The notes beneath the pieces were generated by a model. It was not told the DNA's origin and ran no database searches. It saw only the letters and a program-made list of their open reading frames with translations. Made by a program: the position numbers and the translations under genes. Shown piece after piece: positions 62,502 to 64,000 of a stretch of DNA of 64,000 nucleotides; the first letter of the stretch is position 1; each line of letters starts with the position of its first letter. Source of the DNA: an uncultured Verrucomicrobiae bacterium (GTDB taxonomy: Bacteria > Verrucomicrobiota > Verrucomicrobiia > Limisphaerales > Palsa-1400); contig OY969763.1 in NCBI GenBank assembly GCA_963702845.1, positions 2,848,001-2,912,000 of the forward strand, in the 5' to 3' direction.

Positions 62502-63977
62502 TCATTTCATTAGTCCCGACCGGCCAACCGTCATCGCTATGATCAACGCCGCGGATTGGTTTTTGCAAGAAAACCAATCCATGCTCGTAACTGTTACGGA
62601 CGGATTGGGATTGGCGATCGCGGTCAGACAGAAACGCACCGGCCGGTTTTGCCCGCGGGTGCGGGTCCCACCCACCCAGACCGCTTTGGAATTGGAGCCG
62701 GTTGGATCATTCATCGTCTTGGATTTCGGTCCAGTCGGAGTGTTTGCTTTTTTACCAGATCTGGCGGCCCACTCGACGATTTCCGAGCCGTAAAGCAATT
62801 GATTCGTCGCCGTCGATCCGTCGTCATAATGAAAGACGACCTGACAAACGGGCGTGTTATCGGGCGAGGGGAAGAAAGCGCTATTATACACGTAGAGCGT
62901 CTCAAACTTCTGGTTCACGTCGATGCCAAGGGCCTTTTCTGGAAAAACCGCACCACCTGCGGCATTCATAGCTCCCCAAAGAAAAATCGTTCCATCGATC
63001 TGGAGCGGCACATGCTCGAAAACTTGAAACCCCACGGGAGCAACCGCCACGGGAGCATTCCCCGAAACAGGATACTGCGTTATCGTATCAAAAAAGGAAA
63101 CCGGCTCAGAGTAGTGGGCCGTTAGATCAATCGGCGTGGCAGTATGATTTGCAATGGCGCGTTTGCCGGCAGCGAGTGCGATGCTGTGTTGGATTGGTTC
63201 TCGCAAGACGACCACTGTGGCAATGGACGCTGTCAGCAAAGCGCATGCGCCCGCTACAAGCCCGGTCTTGGTTTTTGTCCACGCCATAATCTTTAGTGCT
63301 CCTTTGATGAAAATTGAGATCGATGCTGCGGAGTGCGCCGCGGACAAGGCGGCGGACGTGGCGGATGCGGCCAGGCCCGTGGGGGCGGCGTGCGCGGAAA
63401 GTGCAAAGAGAGGCGCGCCAGCGGTGAGAGACGGTGTCGCGAAACCACGGCTGCGGAAGAATTGGGTCAGTTGATCCAAAGAACGGCTGACCCGTTTGCG
63501 CGCGGCATCTTCGCCCACGCCAAGGGCCGAACCGACTTCCCGGAAAGTCTGGCCTTCCATGAAATGCATGATGACGGCCGAACGGTCGGGATCGCGCAAT
63601 CGCAATAGCGCTTCATCCAGCATCGGCACCAGTGCCGACCAGACGGAATCGCCTTCCGCGCCAGCTAATTCCTGGCTGACTGCAACTTGTTCGCGATTGC
63701 GGCGGCGTAATTCGGAACGCAGCCAGTCACGGGATTTGTTCAGTGTCGTTTGATGGAGCCAGCCGGCGATGGTTGGATGGGAACGCAATTTGCCGGAGGA
63801 TTGCGCCAACGCGACAAAAACGTTTTGGGTGATTTCTTCAGCGGCGCTCCGATCGCCAACCTGTCGGAAAGCGGTGCCGAATACCAAATTAACGTGATGG
63901 CGCACCAGCGCGGCAAAGGCCTCTTCGCTGCGCCGGGCGTCGAATTCTGCGATCCATTGTTTGTCCTGTTCCGACAT
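62502..63977 (-). CDS. Extended ECF sigma factor 6 (same C-terminal domain family as ECF1)
   Basis: [15 protein letters not shown], sigma4, linker, TM, then PIDL..VPLQIDG..FHYDDGS..ANPNP. Confidence 0.9.
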   Translation of the reverse strand: MSEQDKQWIAEFDARRSEEAFAALVRHHVNLVFGTAFRQVGDRSAAEEITQNVFVALAQSSGKLRSHPTIAGWLHQTTLNKSRDWLRSELRRRNREQVAVSQELAGAEGDSVWSALVPMLDEALLRLRDPDRSAVIMHFMEGQTFREVGSALGVGEDAARKRVSRSLDQLTQFFRSRGFATPSLTAGAPLFALSAHAAPTGLAASATSAALSAAHSAASISIFIKGALKIMAWTKTKTGLVAGACALLTASIATVVVLREPIQHSIALAAGKRAIANHTATPIDLTAHYSEPVSFFDTITQYPVSGNAPVAVAPVGFQVFEHVPLQIDGTIFLWGAMNAAGGAVFPEKALGIDVNQKFETLYVYNSAFFPSPDNTPVCQVVFHYDDGSTATNQLLYGSEIVEWAARSGKKANTPTGPKSKTMNDPTGSNSKAVWVGGTRTRGQNRPVRFCLTAIANPNPSVTVTSMDWFSCKNQSAALIIAMTVGRSGLMK

Positions 63978-64000
63978 GTAGTTTCTATCAGTAGATTGCC

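Noticed and set aside
1..64000. tRNA, rRNA, prophage or defence systems
   Set aside because: No cloverleaf, rRNA-like, phage structural or recognisable defence genes were seen by eye; a covariance search was not possible.

Overview
Bacterial DNA, probably Verrucomicrobiota subdivision 3 (Pedosphaerales/Limisphaerales). This is inferred from the DUF1559-type prepilin genes, extended ECF sigma factors, the shared F(Y/F)R(L/V) C-termini and the REP-like motifs. Many genes, including rpoD and waaA, carry single-base frameshifts, which suggests an unpolished long-read assembly. Main blocks in order: (1) a prepilin-like gene, then a decaying integron-type cassette array of about 6 attC sites with no integrase in the window (~975-5400); (2) core and metabolic genes: waaA, ybaB-recR, a KS/CLF/KR/ACP type II cluster, an hpnI-like glycosyltransferase, pyrC, carA; (3) a tandem array of five ECF sigma factors (24.3-33.9 kb) plus a sixth at 62.5-64 kb, each built as sigma2-sigma4-linker-TM plus a variable extracytoplasmic domain, three of them directly followed by prepilin-like genes; (4) ceramidase-like, ROK, NahK-like and sialidase genes, a DUF2723/TMEM260-like glycosyltransferase, BNR-MoaD-MoeB, rpoD and large secreted proteins. 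The best candidate novel system is the ECF set. All six copies have an in-frame AAAGGA(G) Shine-Dalgarno-like sequence and ATG just before the TM segment. The five copies with visible upstream sequence share a leaderless promoter motif that also precedes a solo prepilin gene. Their linker DNA is nearly identical in places while the sensor domains differ (secretin-like, LolA-like, jelly-roll-like).
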